A stretch of 64,000 nucleotides of DNA, taken from the NCBI GenBank assembly GCA_002633005.1, contig NMRA01000237.1:1-64000 (forward strand), given 5' to 3'. Below, piece by piece: positions 62,918-64,000 of this stretch. This DNA is from Phoronis australis (Eukaryota > Animalia > Phoronida). A program made the translations under genes and the position numbers. Each line of letters begins with the position of its first letter. Within the stretch, counting starts at the first letter, position 1. Below the pieces are notes generated by a model. It made no database searches. It saw only the letters and a list, made by a program, of their open reading frames with translations, and was not told the origin of the DNA.

Positions 62918-64000
62918 GTGAGTGAGTCTGTTGTCATGGATACCATCAATTTTATGAATTCCATAGTGGAATTCCGTAGTACCATTCCCATGTATTTGAG
63001 AATTCCAGAAATTTTGCAGCAGTTGTTGTATAGAAATTGTTTCCACTAATCTGTTGCGTGTCTATGTGATTGAGAATCCCAGCAAGTTCTGTATCCTCTG
63101 TTGTTGGAAGCCCTTGAAAATGCCGTTGTCAGCCATCTGTTAGAAGATATAGGAGCTTATTAACAAGAATTTGCCAAATATCTAAAAAAACTAGAAAGTT
63201 TAACTCTGTAAAAGTATGTTTTCTGAAAGTGGAGAGCCTATAGAATTTTATTTTTGACTTTTTATCAGTTTGCCATTAGTTGTGTCACCTGACCAAGTCT
63301 TTTTAGTAAAATTAAGCAAATATGAAAGATACATTGATAGCAAAAATAGGGCACCGGTAACATGACCATGTTTTGTTCAATACGAATGTTCAAGGTTATA
63401 GCTCAAAAATGTTGTTACAGTTTTCTAAATTCTGTATGTTGATAGCCCTCATGCAAGCTTCCCAGTCTTATTGTTCTGTGCCATGTCAACTTCTTTTCTA
63501 AGTGCAAAGTAATGCCACATTTAGTGGTCCCAGTTTTCCGTTTTCAAAAACAGAGAAATTGTTTTACAAACATAAAAGCCTGTTTTTTCAGATTTGTAAA
63601 TTATGAAATTCCGTTTTACTATTTTAATATCCGCCACAGCTTCTTTTGGTCGATAGCTTGATGCTGGCCATGTTTGTTGTTTCTTAAAATTGAAAAAATA
63701 TCAGTGCCACCTTCAGAGAGAATCGACAACCGCTTGCACCCGTCTGCTTAAAAATGATTGTCCATCGATCTGTGGCTAGTATATGTCGAAATTTGACGGA
63801 GTGTGTTATCGATTTTTGTCAATTAAAAAAACAAAGATACTATATTTGTGTTATCTGCGACTGAATTGTGGCAATTTTGTTCAAAATCTCATTATTCAGT
63901 CAAATAATACAGAATTCGTGAATTCCGTCCGTTTTCAGTTATTGCTGAAAACTAGGATCTCTGCTCAAGGTTTGTGGTTGATTCCATTACACTTGTGTAA

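Overview
This is eukaryotic (metazoan) genomic DNA, probably from a marine invertebrate; echinoderm-like is a guess only. It has three assembly gaps and many decayed transposons. I can reconstruct two spliced host genes by eye. The first is a minus-strand CNBD1/CNBD2-like gene with two cyclic-nucleotide-binding domains (exons ~37.7 kb down to ~24.0 kb, perhaps starting at ~42.1 kb). The second is represented by two exons of a plus-strand SEC14/CRAL-TRIO gene of the SESTD1/Trio type (59.9-62.9 kb). Mobile DNA includes three TTAA-flanked Kolobok-type elements with THAP remnants, a solo LTR carrying heat-shock elements, a head-to-head Penelope fragment, several MITE families with 3-, 5- and 8-bp TSDs, and a ~3.5-kb palindrome. 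The most unusual observation is a small intronless non-histone ORF (PHD-type C4HC3 zinc finger, 6564-6881, minus strand). It is followed immediately by two canonical replication-dependent histone mRNA stem-loops and preceded by E2F/CCAAT/TATA-like motifs. All calls are manual readings without database searches.
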